Below, piece by piece: positions 40,542-48,097 of a DNA stretch of 53,130 nt; position 1 is the first letter of the stretch; each line of letters opens with the position of its first letter. Source of the DNA: Acidimicrobiales bacterium. GTDB lineage: Bacteria; Actinomycetota; Acidimicrobiia; Acidimicrobiales; Aldehydirespiratoraceae. The stretch is from the NCBI GenBank assembly GCA_047516945.1, contig JAKZTU010000048.1, positions 1 to 53,130 on the forward strand, read 5' to 3'. Both the position numbers and the translations under genes were made by a program. Below the pieces are notes generated by a model. That model made no database searches, had not been told where the DNA came from, and worked only from the letters and a program-made list of their open reading frames with translations.

Positions 40542-41477
40542 GTGAGCGTTCTCGACGATTGGTACAGCAACGCTCGGGCGAACCCGCAGCGCATCATCTT
40601 GGCCGACGCAAATGATCCGCGGGTGGTTGGGGCGGCCGATCGGCTCAATACTGAGGGTCTGGCCGAGGCGTTGGTGGTGGGCAGGGACTTCGGCTCGCTC
40701 GCCGAGATTGCTCATGGCCCGGCGGAGCGCCTCGTTGACGAACTGGCTGCTGCAAACACAGGACCGTGGGCTGGTCGTCGGCTCGATGTCGACGATCCGC
40801 TGGTGATTTCTGCGGCTCTGGTCAAGACAGGCTGGGCTGCGGGTTGTGTGGCTGGAGCAAGCCGCTCCAGCGCGGAGGTGGTACGGGCTGGGTTGCGGGT
40901 GCTCGGGGTCGAGCCGGGAGTTGAAGCGCTGAGTAGCTGCTTCTTTTTTGTGCTGCCCGACGGTCGCACAATGGTTTACGGCGATTGTGGAGTGTTACCC
41001 GACCCTGACGATCAGCAGTTGGCCTCGGTAGCGATTTCAAGCGCCGCTACGTTTGCTCAACTTTGTGGTGAGGAGCCTCGTGTCGCCATGCTCTCGTTTT
41101 CAACTAAGGGGAGTGCGCAACACCTGCGTGTCGAAAAGGTGCGGAGCGCTACCGCGATTGCTCAGCAGGCCGCGCCACATCTCAAGATTGATGGTGAGTT
41201 GCAGTTTGATGCCGCTTGGCTTCCGGCGGTTGCCGATGTCAAGGCTCCTGACTCCGAAGTTGCCGGCAGAGCCAATGTGTTCGTCTTCCCAGATCTTGAC
41301 TCCGGCAACATCGCCTACAAGATCACCGAACGTCTGGGTCAAGCGCTTGCTTTCGGGCCGTTGCTGCAGGGACTCGATGGCGTGATGCACGACCTGTCGC
41401 GCGGCTGCTCGGAGGATGACATTGTCAACGTGGCGGTTATCGCTTCAATCCAAGCCTCCGCGTTGCGTCCGCTCTAA
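40542..41477 (+). CDS. pta: Phosphate acetyltransferase (PTA_PTB domain only)
   Basis: RIILADANDPRVVGAA..., FVFPDLDSGNIAYK; 311 aa; adjacent to xsc. Confidence 0.75.
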   Translation: MSVLDDWYSNARANPQRIILADANDPRVVGAADRLNTEGLAEALVVGRDFGSLAEIAHGPAERLVDELAAANTGPWAGRRLDVDDPLVISAALVKTGWAAGCVAGASRSSAEVVRAGLRVLGVEPGVEALSSCFFFVLPDGRTMVYGDCGVLPDPDDQQLASVAISSAATFAQLCGEEPRVAMLSFSTKGSAQHLRVEKVRSATAIAQQAAPHLKIDGELQFDAAWLPAVADVKAPDSEVAGRANVFVFPDLDSGNIAYKITERLGQALAFGPLLQGLDGVMHDLSRGCSEDDIVNVAVIASIQASALRPL

Positions 41478-41501
41478 CGTAACGGTGATAGCTTCTAACG
41501 C

Positions 41502-42083
41502 ATGAGCGGATCGCCCAGGCGGACTCTGGACCCGGCGCAAGTAATTGAATGCGCCTCAGAAATAGCAGACAGAGAAGGGTTTGACGCGGTCACCCTCACT
41601 CGTGTGGCCGACGAACTCGGTGTTCGTCAACCGGCACTTTATAGACATGTCGACGGGTACGACGATCTTGTCAAACTGCTGGCATTGAGAGGCCGAGCGA
41701 AACTCGCTAGCTCGCTCACTGAGGCTGCCATCGGTGTATCGGGCGAGGACGCAGTCGTAGCCATCGGGAGGGCTTGGCGGGAGGTAGTGCGGACTCATCC
41801 CGGTTTGTACGCCGCCACCGACCGATATCCCTGCGCGGGTGATGTTGAACTCGAAGAAGCGGTCGAGCGGATTGTGGCGGTCATTGCGCGAGCTCTGGGG
41901 AGTTTCAGCATTGATGAGGATGTGCGTGTACATGTGGCGCGTGGTCTACGGAGTTCTTTCCACGGATTTTCTCATCTTGAGTCTGGCGACGGGCATCCGC
42001 ACGAACACGACCTTGATGACACGTTCGATCACCTTCTCGAACTGTTGATTGCCGGGATTCGCCATCTAGAACGAGAATCTTGA
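41502..42083 (+). CDS. TetR/AcrR family transcriptional regulator
   Basis: N-terminal HTH FDAVTLTRVADELGVRQPALYRHV and a C-terminal WHG-like FHGF region. Confidence 0.85.
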   Translation: MSGSPRRTLDPAQVIECASEIADREGFDAVTLTRVADELGVRQPALYRHVDGYDDLVKLLALRGRAKLASSLTEAAIGVSGEDAVVAIGRAWREVVRTHPGLYAATDRYPCAGDVELEEAVERIVAVIARALGSFSIDEDVRVHVARGLRSSFHGFSHLESGDGHPHEHDLDDTFDHLLELLIAGIRHLERES

Positions 42084-42150
42084 AGTTCGTCGCTAGATAG
42101 CCTTGCAGATTGGTTATAGGCTCTTGCAACTGGTTCGGATTGGAGGAAAC

Positions 42151-43917
42151 ATGACCCGGATGACTCCCAGCGAAGCGTTTGTCGAAACCATGGTGGCCAA
42201 CGGAGTGACCACTGTCTTTGGCATCATGGGCAGCGCGTTCATGGACGCCATGGACATTTTTGAGCCAGCAGGTATTGAGTTGGTACCGGTGGTACACGAG
42301 CAAGGGGCAGCCCATATGGCAGACGGGTATGCCCGAGTCAGTGGCCGCCACGGAGTCGTGATCGGACAGAATGGCCCTGGTATTTCCAACTGTGTGACCG
42401 CGATCGCGGCAGCCTTCTGGGCACACAGCCCCGTTGTCATCGTCACCCCCGAAGCTGGCACGATGGGGATGGGACTCGGTGGCTTCCAGGAAGCCAATCA
42501 GCTTCCGATGTTTGAGGAGTTCACCAAGTATCAGGGGCACATCAACAACGAACACCGAATGGCAGAGATCACGGCTCGTTGCTTCGACCGGGCGCTATCG
42601 GAGATGGGTCCAACGCAACTCAACATCCCCCGTGACCGCTTCTATGGCGACATCAATGTGGAGATCGGAACCCCCATGCGGCTCGATCGCGGACCCGGTG
42701 GTGAGCGTACGCTCAACGAAGCGGCCGACCTCTTGGCTAGCGCGCAGTTCCCAGTCATGATCAGCGGTGGTGGAGTGGTGATCGGAGATGGTATGGCCGC
42801 AACGGTCGCCTTGGCCGAAAGACTCGGCTGTCCGGTGGTCAACAGCTACCTGCACAACGACTCGTTTCCGGCCAGCCACCCACAGTGGTGTGGACCGCTC
42901 GGCTACCAAGGCTCAAAAGCGGCGATGAAGTTGATCGCACGGGCTGACGTGGTGCTGGCGCTCGGCACCCGTTTGGGGCCCTTTGGCACCTTGCCTCAGC
43001 ATGGCCTCGACTATTGGCCAACAGAGGCCAAGATCATCCAGGTTGATGCTGATTCGAAGATGCTCGGCTTCGTCAAAAAGATTGACGTCGGGATTTGCGG
43101 CGATACCGGTGCAGCTGCTGCCGCGCTGACCGCACGGCTGGCTCAACGCACGCTGGTGGCCGACCAAAACCGTGCCGAGCGAGAGTCGACGCTGCTTTCT
43201 GAGAAGACCGCGTGGGAAGACGAACTCGACGATTGGACTGAAGAAACCGACGACTTCAGTATCGACATGATCAAAGAAGCAGTGGCCGAAGAAGGCAGTT
43301 GGCTGCACCCACGTCAGGTGTTGCGGGAACTGGAGCGGGCCATGCCAGCTCGGGTAATGGTGTCCACCGACATCGGCAACATCAACTCGGTATCCAACAG
43401 CTACCTGCGCTTCGAAGAGCCCAGGTCGTTCTTGGCAGCCATGAGTTGGGGCAACTGCGGCTATGCGCTGCCGACCATTATTGGAGCCAAGAAGGCTGCT
43501 GATGATCGTCCTGCGGTGGCGTACGCAGGCGATGGCGCCTGGGCTATGAGCATGGTTGAGGTGATGACCGCGGTGCGCCACGATATTCCGGTCACCGCGG
43601 TGGTGTTCCACAATCGCCAATGGGGCGCCGAAAAGAAGAACCAGGTTGATTTCTATGGTCGCCGTTTTGTGGCCGGAGAACTCGAAGGCGGCGAGAACTA
43701 CGCGCAAATCGCTCAAGCGATGGGAGCGAAGGGTGTTCGTGTTGATCAGCTTGATGATGTCGGTCCAGCCCTAGAACGGGCGATCGACGATCAGATGACC
43801 ACACGGCAGACCACAGTGATCGAAGTCATGACCACCAAAGAACTCGGCGATCCCTTCCGTAAGGATGCTTTGAGCCGCCCGGTCCGCCACCTGAAGAAGT
43901 ACGCCGAATACACGTAG
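42151..43917 (+). CDS. xsc: Thiamine-diphosphate enzyme, sulfoacetaldehyde acetyltransferase-like
   Basis: TPP-enzyme three-domain layout. GPLGYQGSKAAMKLIARADVVLALGTRLGPFGTLPQHGLDYWP and the C-terminal KELGDPFRKDAL resemble characterised Xsc as I remember it. GDGAW TPP motif; pta neighbour; GGAGGAAAC precedes the ATG. Confidence 0.75.
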   Translation: MTRMTPSEAFVETMVANGVTTVFGIMGSAFMDAMDIFEPAGIELVPVVHEQGAAHMADGYARVSGRHGVVIGQNGPGISNCVTAIAAAFWAHSPVVIVTPEAGTMGMGLGGFQEANQLPMFEEFTKYQGHINNEHRMAEITARCFDRALSEMGPTQLNIPRDRFYGDINVEIGTPMRLDRGPGGERTLNEAADLLASAQFPVMISGGGVVIGDGMAATVALAERLGCPVVNSYLHNDSFPASHPQWCGPLGYQGSKAAMKLIARADVVLALGTRLGPFGTLPQHGLDYWPTEAKIIQVDADSKMLGFVKKIDVGICGDTGAAAAALTARLAQRTLVADQNRAERESTLLSEKTAWEDELDDWTEETDDFSIDMIKEAVAEEGSWLHPRQVLRELERAMPARVMVSTDIGNINSVSNSYLRFEEPRSFLAAMSWGNCGYALPTIIGAKKAADDRPAVAYAGDGAWAMSMVEVMTAVRHDIPVTAVVFHNRQWGAEKKNQVDFYGRRFVAGELEGGENYAQIAQAMGAKGVRVDQLDDVGPALERAIDDQMTTRQTTVIEVMTTKELGDPFRKDALSRPVRHLKKYAEYT

Positions 43918-43968
43918 TTTTTTGCCAGTACACGTAATTTGCTGGCCAGTACCTAGCTTCGCTGCTAC

Positions 43969-44036
43969 GGCGTGACTCGCCGGTCGGCGCGGCTTGTGGG
44001 CTGGCGTGACTGGCCGGTCGGCGCGGCTTGTTGGCT
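43969..44036. repeat. 34-bp direct tandem repeat x2 (2 mismatches) in the convergent intergenic region
   Basis: ggcgtgactCgccggtcggcgcggcttgtGggct / ggcgtgactGgccggtcggcgcggcttgtTggct, followed by a degenerate partial copy up to about 44058. Confidence 0.9.
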
Positions 44037-44061
44037 GGCTTGGCTGGCGTGGCGTGCGGGG

Positions 44062-44580
44062 TTAACCGGGGCCTGTGAGCGAACTCAACAGGGCGTCGAT
44101 TGCTTGATCGGCAATCGCGACCATCTCCGAGTCGGTGCGGTCCTGGATGGGGTGCTCGGTCAAGACCTGGGCTATGTCACCTCCGAGGCTCTTGCTTTGT
44201 TGCTCGGCGCCGTCTGCGAACTCAACGGTGGCAACGAACACTCCTGGAATGCCGCGGCGTTCCAGATCGTTGATGTCGTGCACACTGCACGTCGTGCAGG
44301 AACCTCAATCGGCGAGCGCTTCGATCACCGCGTCGCAGGACACGGCAATCTCATGGCGCAGATCGACCGGCGCTGGTTTGGTGAACGTCGGCTTTTTGAA
44401 GCGCTTCACGTTGACGCCGAGGCCGGTCAGCTTTTGCTCCACGCGGTTGAGAAAAATGTCTCCACGGGGCTTGGAGATGTCGAGTAGTCCGACCGTTAGT
44501 CCGTTGAGAGACTCGGGTCGAGCGACACGCTCGCGTTTGTTGGGCCGCAACTCAGCGGTGGGATCAAGAACAACAGTCAT
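44062..44580 (-). CDS. Candidate selenoprotein with U-G-S-C-T-T-C motif (in-frame TGA at 44305-44307 read as Sec, codon 92 of about 172)
   Basis: ORFs 44305..44580 and 44062..44283 are in the same frame with 21 stop-free nt between them. Read-through gives ...AVIEALAD-U-GSCTTCS-VHDINDLERRGIPGVFVAT.... The second ORF has no SD. A hairpin starts 16 nt after the TGA. Confidence 0.6.
44275..44293 (-). promoter_or_regulatory. Candidate bacterial SECIS hairpin
   Basis: Minus-strand RNA G-A-CGUGCA-GUG-UGCACG-A-C: 6-bp stem 44291-44286 / 44282-44277, loop GUG 44285-44283. An alternative, mutually exclusive hairpin is CUGCAC-GAC-GUGCAG (44299-44285). Confidence 0.45.
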
Positions 44581-46043
44581 CGAGTGATCTCCTTTGTGAC
44601 AGTCACGCTACCGGTCGCGCCGGTCACCCAACCAGCGATGGTAGAAGAGAACAACCCAGCATGGCTGCCTCCGTGAACAACATGAATCCCTCCAGGCGGG
44701 AACTTCGGTAGCTGATGGCCTGCGAGGAATGTCGGCATACCCTCTTCGATTCCGCCGGAGCCGGCAATTATGTCGTCGCCGTCGATCATTAGCAGCGCTT
44801 CAAGTTCTGCCAGAAAGCGGGCCCTGTCCCAGGAGGCATCTCGGTATCGGGCCATATGTTCAGGACTCATCACGATCACGGTTTCCATCGACATGACCAT
44901 TCTCGGGCTGACGTTGACGCGCAGCATTTCGGCGAAGTGCTTGGTGAGCGATTCCGGCGAACGCGACTTCTGATCGAACATCAGTCGGGGGCCTTCCCCG
45001 GGGAATAGGGTGACGGTGGAGACGTTGCGGTCGAAACCGCGAGATTCGGCGAAGGTGTCGAAGGCGCTGCCCTCTTCGTCTTCGGCGAAGCACAACCCGA
45101 TCTTTGAGGGGCTGCCCTGGGTGGCGCGGTCGACACCGCCGGGTTTGCCTCCACCGATATTGCGAATAACCAACTGGAGAGCACGGCCGATGGTGTTGTT
45201 GGCGCGGTTCCCTTGGCCCAACAGATTGAGGCCGCTGTTCATGTGAATTTCGTGACGGATGGGTCCGTTGACGATCAGGATTGGACCTACCGGCATAGTG
45301 GTGGCCAACAGTCCGTGCATGTTGAACTCGTCGGTGCAGGCTGCTTCGACCGCGCTTAGCGCCACAGGGAGATACTCGGGCTTGCAGCCGGCCATTACTG
45401 CGTTGATAGCCACTTTCTCGACGGTGCATTCGACCAGATCGGGTGGTATGACGGCCACTACCTCCTCCGCGGAGCGACTTGTGCCTTCAAGCATTCTCAG
45501 CACACGCGCCTCGGTTGGGGGTACGACCGGCATTCCATCACTGAAGCCGCGGTCGAACATGGCTTCTACGTCATCTTCCAACTCGGCGAGTTCGATTCGC
45601 CGACTTTTTAGTATTGAACCTGAGAAGCGCACGGCGAGTTCATCGCTGAGGTTGGGATCGACACTCAGTGAGCCGCATCCGGGTCTCCAATCGGGAAGGT
45701 CGGTTCCGAGACCGTTGAGTCCAGTGAACTCTTCCCAAGCCTGGCGAGACCAACCGACTATGCGATCGGCTTCGGAACCGTTGTCGACTCGCAGCAGCGT
45801 GGGTACTGTCTCGATTTGATTATGCCATGACAAGGCGAGGTCGGCATCGTGGGTTACCCAGTCGGCGCTTTGGGGAAAGGTGGGGTCGTCTTGGGTGATG
45901 ACTGAGACTCCAATGCGTTCGGCCATCTCGGCTAAGACTGGTGCCACTAGGACACAAGTCGGGCAGTCCTTTTTGACAACGGCTACGAGACCATCGGGGA
46001 GCGGAGCGGTTTTGGTATTGGGCACTCGCCAACTGTGGCACAC
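44577..46043 (-). CDS. Thioredoxin-fold (CPTC) N-domain fused to an approximately 370-aa uncharacterised domain
   Basis: VAVVKKDCPTCVLVAPVLAEM...ETVPTLL is thioredoxin-like. I could not assign the rest (FSDGMPVVPPTEARV, AINAVMAGCKPEYLP, GQGNRANNTIGRALQLV, GGKPGGVDRATQGSP) to a known family. ATGA overlap with the downstream gene. Confidence 0.75.
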   Translation of the reverse strand: MCHSWRVPNTKTAPLPDGLVAVVKKDCPTCVLVAPVLAEMAERIGVSVITQDDPTFPQSADWVTHDADLALSWHNQIETVPTLLRVDNGSEADRIVGWSRQAWEEFTGLNGLGTDLPDWRPGCGSLSVDPNLSDELAVRFSGSILKSRRIELAELEDDVEAMFDRGFSDGMPVVPPTEARVLRMLEGTSRSAEEVVAVIPPDLVECTVEKVAINAVMAGCKPEYLPVALSAVEAACTDEFNMHGLLATTMPVGPILIVNGPIRHEIHMNSGLNLLGQGNRANNTIGRALQLVIRNIGGGKPGGVDRATQGSPSKIGLCFAEDEEGSAFDTFAESRGFDRNVSTVTLFPGEGPRLMFDQKSRSPESLTKHFAEMLRVNVSPRMVMSMETVIVMSPEHMARYRDASWDRARFLAELEALLMIDGDDIIAGSGGIEEGMPTFLAGHQLPKFPPGGIHVVHGGSHAGLFSSTIAGWVTGATGSVTVTKEITR

Positions 46044-46062
46044 AAGAAGTTGGCGGTCACGC

Positions 46063-46083
46063 TGACAGAAGCGACATCTGTCA
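46063..46083. promoter_or_regulatory. Inverted repeat TGACAGA-N7-TCTGTCA in the divergent promoter region
   Basis: Read directly. It lies between the minus-strand start at 46043 and the plus-strand start at 46129. Confidence 0.4.
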
Positions 46084-46128
46084 CACTCGGTGTGCGAGGC
46101 TAGTCGGCTAGCGTACGGTGCAAAGTCA

Positions 46129-47034
46129 ATGGGGGATACGCAAGAGACTGTTGTTGTGTCGTTCCACGGTGTTCGTGGTTCGACGCCGTGTAGTTGCCCG
46201 ACGGTGCAGCGCTATGGCGGCAACACCAGTTGCGTCTCGGTTGAAACCGCCGATCACGACCCGATCGTTTTGGACCTGGGTACGGGGCTGCGCCCGTGGG
46301 GTTGTGCAATGTCGCCCCAGAGCGGGTTGACGCTGCATGCGTTGGTTACACATCTTCACTGGGACCACATTCAGGGTCTGCCATTTTTTGCGCCGTTGCT
46401 TTGTCCGGATACCACGCTGAACATCTATGGGTCCGCTGAACGCGGAGAGTCGTTGGCCGAGGCGTTTGATCGTTTTATTGCCCCGCCGTTCTTCCCGATT
46501 CGAACCACCGATTTGCCAGCCACCATCAAATTCCACGATGTCTGCGACGGCGACTTTGCAGTGGGCCTTGCCTCTGTGATGTCGAGACCGGTACCCCATG
46601 TCGGCACCACCAACGGCTACCGGCTCAATCTTCATGGTTTGTCAATCGCGTATATTCCCGATCACCAAGAGCCGATCAACGATCCGAGACATGTCGATGA
46701 GTCCGTTCTTGAACTGTGTGATGGTGCCGACCTGTTGATTCACGATGGGCAACTGTGGCCCGATGAACTAGTGATGAAGCAGGCCTGGGGTCACAGTACA
46801 CCCGAGTACGCACTTGAGGTCGCCCGTCAGGCCGGTGTTGAAACGCTGGTGTTGTTTCATCACGACCCCTCTCACGACGACGCCTCGCTCGATGAGATGA
46901 GCGCGCGCCTGAGCGAACGGGGTTCGGAAGTTGGCGTAAGCACTGTGCTAGCGGCCACCGAAGGCACGAGCCTGACTTTCTCCGCAATGAGTGAGCCTTT
47001 CGCCGGCCTGTGCGAGCAATCCGTTCGGCCGTAG
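46129..47034 (+). CDS. MBL-fold metallo-hydrolase
   Basis: THLHWDHIQGLPFF (HxHxDH) and a later HHDP motif. ATG at 46129 chosen. Confidence 0.8.
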   Translation: MGDTQETVVVSFHGVRGSTPCSCPTVQRYGGNTSCVSVETADHDPIVLDLGTGLRPWGCAMSPQSGLTLHALVTHLHWDHIQGLPFFAPLLCPDTTLNIYGSAERGESLAEAFDRFIAPPFFPIRTTDLPATIKFHDVCDGDFAVGLASVMSRPVPHVGTTNGYRLNLHGLSIAYIPDHQEPINDPRHVDESVLELCDGADLLIHDGQLWPDELVMKQAWGHSTPEYALEVARQAGVETLVLFHHDPSHDDASLDEMSARLSERGSEVGVSTVLAATEGTSLTFSAMSEPFAGLCEQSVRP

Positions 47035-47045
47035 AAGGGAACCGG

Positions 47046-47525
47046 ATGTCTATTGACTCAAGTGAGTTCCGACGGGTGCTCGGCCACTTCCCCACGGGTG
47101 TGACAGTGGTGACTGCGCCAACTGGCGAGGGTCCCGTCGGCATGGCAATCGGATCTTTCGCCAGCGTCTCGCTAGATCCACCTCTGGTCATGTTCTGTCC
47201 AGGTAAGGAATCTGCGACTTGGGCCAAGATGTCGGGGACGGACAGATTTTGCGTCAACGTGCTCGGTGACGACCAAACCGACGTGTGCGGCGTTTTCGCG
47301 AGCAAGTCAGAAGACAAGTTTGCCAGCCTCGAATGGAGCACAAGGATCTCCGGTTCGCCCGTTATCTGTGGTTCTATTGCTTGGATCGATTGCGAGGTCT
47401 ACGCCATCCACGATGGAGGTGACCACCACATCGTGGTGGGACTCGTAAAAGCACTCTCCACCGAAAACGACAATGGGCCTCTGCTGTTTTTCCGCGGCGG
47501 CTACGGCCGTTTCGAGGACATCTGA
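47046..47525 (+). CDS. Flavin reductase family protein (FMN-binding split barrel)
   Basis: FRRVLGHFPTGVTVVT...SFASVSLDPPLV. GAAGGGA SD precedes the ATG. Confidence 0.85.
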   Translation: MSIDSSEFRRVLGHFPTGVTVVTAPTGEGPVGMAIGSFASVSLDPPLVMFCPGKESATWAKMSGTDRFCVNVLGDDQTDVCGVFASKSEDKFASLEWSTRISGSPVICGSIAWIDCEVYAIHDGGDHHIVVGLVKALSTENDNGPLLFFRGGYGRFEDI

Positions 47526-48043
47526 TGCCAATTTATGCGCTCGGTGATCGTGTTCCCGAAATACATTCCGACGCCTACATTCACCCGGATGCCACGCTCA
47601 TTGGGAGCGTTGTCATCGGCGCAGAAAGTTCCGTATGGGCTCAGGCGGTGATCCGCGCCGATGACAACGTCATCAGTATTGGACGGGGCTCATCGATTCA
47701 AGATGGTGCGGTTCTGCACTGCACCGAGGTCCACGAGACGATTGTTGGCGACTATGTGACGGTCGGCCATCTCGCTCATCTTGAGGGCTGTCGGGTCCTT
47801 GATCGTTCACTGATCGGCACGGGATCGGTGGTGCTGCATGATGCGGTGATCGGTCCTGAGGCACTCGTTGGTGCCGCGGCTCTGGTACCGGGCAGGATGG
47901 TTGTACCGACGTTGGCTATGGCTCTCGGGGTGCCTGCCCGGATCCGCGAGAATGCACTTCAAATCGGCGCCAATGACGTCAACGCGCAGAGCTACATCCG
48001 ACGCGCTGAACTTTATTCTGCACAGCTTCGCCGTATCGACTGA
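47525..48043 (+). CDS. Gamma-class carbonic anhydrase-like / LbH family protein
   Basis: MPIYALGDRVPEIHSDAYIHPDATLIGSVVIG, hexapeptide repeats; TGATG coupling. Confidence 0.85.
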   Translation: MPIYALGDRVPEIHSDAYIHPDATLIGSVVIGAESSVWAQAVIRADDNVISIGRGSSIQDGAVLHCTEVHETIVGDYVTVGHLAHLEGCRVLDRSLIGTGSVVLHDAVIGPEALVGAAALVPGRMVVPTLAMALGVPARIRENALQIGANDVNAQSYIRRAELYSAQLRRID

Positions 48044-48085
48044 GCGTGAGGCGAGTATCGTAGACGTTCTGGCTAATATTTGTTA

Positions 48086-48097
48086 CTATCTAGATAG
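48086..48097. promoter_or_regulatory. Perfect 12-bp palindrome CTATCTAGATAG in the AT-rich sufB upstream region (candidate operator overlapping a -10-like TACTAT)
   Basis: Read directly. A possible promoter is TAGACG (48061-48066) - 17 nt - TACTAT (48084-48089). Confidence 0.4.

Noticed and set aside
43969-44058. Possible CRISPR array or minisatellite
   Set aside because: The repeats are directly adjacent with no spacers, there are only about 2.5 copies, and no cas genes are present. This is a simple tandem duplication.
43972-44587. Plus-strand ORFs of 171 aa and 150 aa
   Set aside because: They are antisense to the UGSC gene and run through the tandem repeat. They have no motifs, whereas the minus-strand reading gives a coherent protein that is translationally coupled to its upstream gene.
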